Virus record (IMG/VR): IMGVR_UViG_3300045988_139610
DNA: 64,000 bases
Strand: one strand, 5' to 3'
Origin: a virus
The translations under genes and the position numbers were made by a program. This document shows, in pieces, positions 61,582 to 64,000 of this stretch. Each line of letters opens with the position of its first letter. Positions within the stretch are counted from its first letter, which is position 1. The notes beneath the pieces were generated by a model. The model saw only the letters and a list, made by a program, of their open reading frames with translations. It did no database searches and had not been told where the DNA came from.

Positions 61582-62856
61582 TTGGGAGATAAACATTTAA
61601 AATTAAAAAGCAATTTAGAAGTTTTTAAATCTTCAAAAGATTCTCGTTTTGTAGGATGCAGAATACTTGTATGTCACGACCAAGATAATTTAAATGGTTC
61701 TTGGTTTGATTCAGAAACACAAATGAAATGTGCTGAAAAAAGTATTAGAGGTATACCCTTATTAGCTCATGTTTATAAAAATGAAGATGACAAATGGGTT
61801 TTAGGTGGACATGATACTAAAGTGGAGGCTACTGATACTACAGATGGTTACGATTATCAGTTAATATATCTTGAAAAAGCTTATGGATTCGTTCCAGAAG
61901 ATACTATAATTACACAAGTAGAAAAAGACGGTAAGAAATATTTATCTTGCACAGCATTAATATGGAGGGAGTATTCCCAACAATTACTTGATATATTAGA
62001 TTCTAACGATGGTGCATTAGAGGTATCTATGGAAATAGATGTTGACGATTTCAGCTTTAGAGAAGATGGATTCTTTGAAATAACTGATTTTACTTTTTTA
62101 GGTATAACAATGCTTGGTGTAGGTGTTAAACCTGCTATGGCAGGAGCTAACTTATCTCTGTTCACTTGTGGAGATGTTAAAACTGAATTAGAAGAAATGA
62201 AGAAAATTTATTCTTTAGAAAAGGGAGGTGAAACAATGGACAAAGAGTTTGAAAATCAAGAAGTTCAAGAAACTGAAGAATTTGAAAATCAAGAGGAAAC
62301 TCAACAAGAAGATTTCACTCCAGATGAAGAAGAACAAAAAGAAGAATGTTCTCAAGATAATTCTGAAGAAAAGAAAGAAGATTGTTCAGAAGAGGAAGAA
62401 GATAAAGATAAGGAAAATCATTCTGTTGAAGATAACACAGAAGATGAAAAATATGCACAATTAAAAACTGCTTTTGACCAATTAAAAGTTGAATATGAAG
62501 AATTAAAAACTCAATTAGAAAACATGAGTGATTATGAAGAATTAAAACAATTTAAAGCTGATAGCGATGCTAAACAATTTAAATTAGAAATTGATTCTAT
62601 AACTGAAAAATATTCTTTAGATACAGAAGATGCTAAAGCACTTCAAGACACAGTATTAAAACATGAAATATCTAAAGAAGAATATGAAGGGAAATTAGCT
62701 ATAATGTGGGCTAAACAAGTTAAAGAAGCTCAATCATTTAGTAAAACTAAAACTGGAAAGGCTAATTCAATAGGTATAATAAATCCAAATGAAGAATTTA
62801 TAGATTCTAATGCACCTTACGGTGGTAGATTAGAAAAATGGAGAACTAAAAAATAA
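61582..62856 (+). CDS. scaffolding protein with N-terminal XkdF/prohead-protease-like domain
   Basis: about 200-aa N-domain, then a very acidic low-complexity region and coiled coil; position before the capsid gene; TTG start. Confidence 0.5.
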   Translation: MGDKHLKLKSNLEVFKSSKDSRFVGCRILVCHDQDNLNGSWFDSETQMKCAEKSIRGIPLLAHVYKNEDDKWVLGGHDTKVEATDTTDGYDYQLIYLEKAYGFVPEDTIITQVEKDGKKYLSCTALIWREYSQQLLDILDSNDGALEVSMEIDVDDFSFREDGFFEITDFTFLGITMLGVGVKPAMAGANLSLFTCGDVKTELEEMKKIYSLEKGGETMDKEFENQEVQETEEFENQEETQQEDFTPDEEEQKEECSQDNSEEKKEDCSEEEEDKDKENHSVEDNTEDEKYAQLKTAFDQLKVEYEELKTQLENMSDYEELKQFKADSDAKQFKLEIDSITEKYSLDTEDAKALQDTVLKHEISKEEYEGKLAIMWAKQVKEAQSFSKTKTGKANSIGIINPNEEFIDSNAPYGGRLEKWRTKK

Positions 62857-62876
62857 TAAAACAGGAGGTAAAATTT

Positions 62877-63383
62877 ATGTATCAAATATTAACTTATGTA
62901 GAAGATAATTTTGCTAAATCAGCAATATGCTCTACTGAATTAAAAAATGGTGAAGTAGTATTAGTAAAAGGACTAGCTGATTCAACTCTAGCTAAAATAG
63001 ATAATATAGGAGTTGAAGGTGAATGTTATGAAGTGACAGACTTAGAAGATGACGCTAATAAAATATTAGCTATGGTAGCATCTGACGGTCATAGATATGA
63101 AAAAGAAACATCTTATAATTTTGGTGATTATGCAAACACACCAGCTGGAGAAGCAGTGAGAATTTATTTCTTACACAAAGGTATGGTTGTTGATATAGAA
63201 AAAATACTTATAGATGGAACTGTTGCTAAAGGAGACCAATTAACTGTTAAAGCTGGTTCACATAATCTTAAAAAATACACTGCTCCAACTGGTGATGAAG
63301 CAGATGCTAAAAGAATAGTAGGTGAAGTTATAGGTACTTCAAATTTAATGGGTAAAGATATGGTGCAAATATTATTCTATTAA
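62877..63383 (+). CDS. head-associated protein (possible decoration protein)
   Basis: 168-aa ORF between the scaffold and capsid genes (SPP1-like order); positional inference only. Confidence 0.35.
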   Translation: MYQILTYVEDNFAKSAICSTELKNGEVVLVKGLADSTLAKIDNIGVEGECYEVTDLEDDANKILAMVASDGHRYEKETSYNFGDYANTPAGEAVRIYFLHKGMVVDIEKILIDGTVAKGDQLTVKAGSHNLKKYTAPTGDEADAKRIVGEVIGTSNLMGKDMVQILFY

Positions 63384-63417
63384 GAATAAAATAATTAATA
63401 AAATGGAGGTTAAAAGA

Positions 63418-64000
63418 ATGATAGATAACGATGTTAGACAAATGGTAATAGACTTACATAACGGTGTGTGTTCTTATTCAAGAAAAGAAGCTTCAGATGT
63501 TATAAGAAATATGATATTTGAAAAAGTAGAACCACTTCCAGAAAAGAAATCTAATTATAGAAGATGGTTGAAAAGAAATGGTAATACAGTATTTGAATTA
63601 TTAGAAGAATTAATAACTGTAACTCATAACGAAATAACTGTTGAATCTTTTGGAGATTTAGTAGATGTTGAAACTTTCGATATAGGAGATAAAAAAGAAT
63701 TCTTAATTCAAAATGACGAATTGTTTAAAGTTGGTTTAATGGCTACTGGTGTTAAAACAGTTCATAGACAAAGAATCTATGATAAAAAGGTAGATACTAA
63801 AGCTTTCAGATTAGGCGTTAAAATCTATGCTGAAATGTTTGATTTCTTAAAAGGAAATATAGACTGGACTTTATTTGTAGATAGAGTATCTAAATCTTTT
63901 GATAAAAAAGTATGTACTTTAGTTACAAAAACTATATTTGGAGCTTATGATGCTTCTGGAAATCCAAATTTATGTAAAGCATCTAATGACAATGCTTTAT
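63418..64000 (+). CDS. putative major capsid protein (5' part, runs off the window)
   Basis: open frame from ATG 63418 (SD TGGAGG) to the window end, hand-translated MIDNDVRQMVIDLHNG…; position after the scaffold. Confidence 0.5.
   Translation, partial: MIDNDVRQMVIDLHNGVCSYSRKEASDVIRNMIFEKVEPLPEKKSNYRRWLKRNGNTVFELLEELITVTHNEITVESFGDLVDVETFDIGDKKEFLIQNDELFKVGLMATGVKTVHRQRIYDKKVDTKAFRLGVKIYAEMFDFLKGNIDWTLFVDRVSKSFDKKVCTLVTKTIFGAYDASGNPNLCKASNDNAL

Noticed and set aside
62228-62464. Lys-rich 78-aa + strand ORF inside the scaffold gene
   Set aside because: It is an alternative frame of the GAA/GAT-rich acidic region (the shifted frame reads AAG/AAA). It has no SD and lies fully inside 61582..62856.
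600-63401. The 15-mer as a trivial by-product of AT-rich intergenic composition
   Set aside because: The copies are exact over 13-15 nt and strictly co-oriented with transcription on both arms. They are missing from the equally AT-rich 39.6-46.4 kb region. Formal statistics are still needed (see the finding).
1-64000. tRNA, rRNA or tmRNA genes
   Set aside because: I saw no GTTCGAATC/GGTTCAAATCC-type T-arm sequences or cloverleaf-like GC-rich 70-90 nt islands. This is an eye scan only; tRNAscan-SE should confirm it.

Overview
Very AT-rich DNA with SD-led, tightly packed genes. It reads as a tailed phage or phage-plasmid of a low-GC Firmicute (Clostridium-like). I did not compute GC and ran no searches; all calls come from reading the sequence and the ORF track.

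Layout:
- 1-39.3 kb: about 75 leftward (-) genes. Most are small, each with its own promoter-like sequence. Recognisable products: two DNA methyltransferase paralogs (one per arm), ATP-dependent DNA ligase, ClpP-like protease, Rha/Bro/KilAC antirepressors, a ParM/ParR-like partition pair, two sigma-like factors, a tyrosine recombinase, two SprT-like metalloproteases, a J-domain protein and pentapeptide-repeat proteins.
- 39.3-41.6 kb: ORF-free centre with same-orientation DnaA boxes and several repeat families.
- 41.6-45.3 kb: plasmid-type module (Replic_Relax-like, FtsK/SpoIIIE-like, Rep_3-like initiator plus iterons).
- 45.4-64 kb: rightward (+) arm. It carries paralogs of three left-arm genes, a third sigma-like regulator, an HU-like protein, a metallophosphoesterase and a packaging/head module. 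The head module holds terS?, an intron-split terL, portal, S8 protease, a free-standing nuclease, scaffold and a partial capsid gene.

Most striking signals:
1. A 15-mer, AAAAATAATTAATAA, marks about 55 gene boundaries and is always co-oriented with the local genes.
2. A second two-box motif, ATAGGTAAT-N15-GTTAATA, occurs 8 times with fixed spacing.
3. Hairpin plus palindrome plus promoter cassettes precede many early genes.
4. Small hairpins keep a conserved loop while their stems covary.
5. Three genes are split by single-nucleotide frame breaks.
6. A group I intron with a LAGLIDADG ORF interrupts the large terminase gene.
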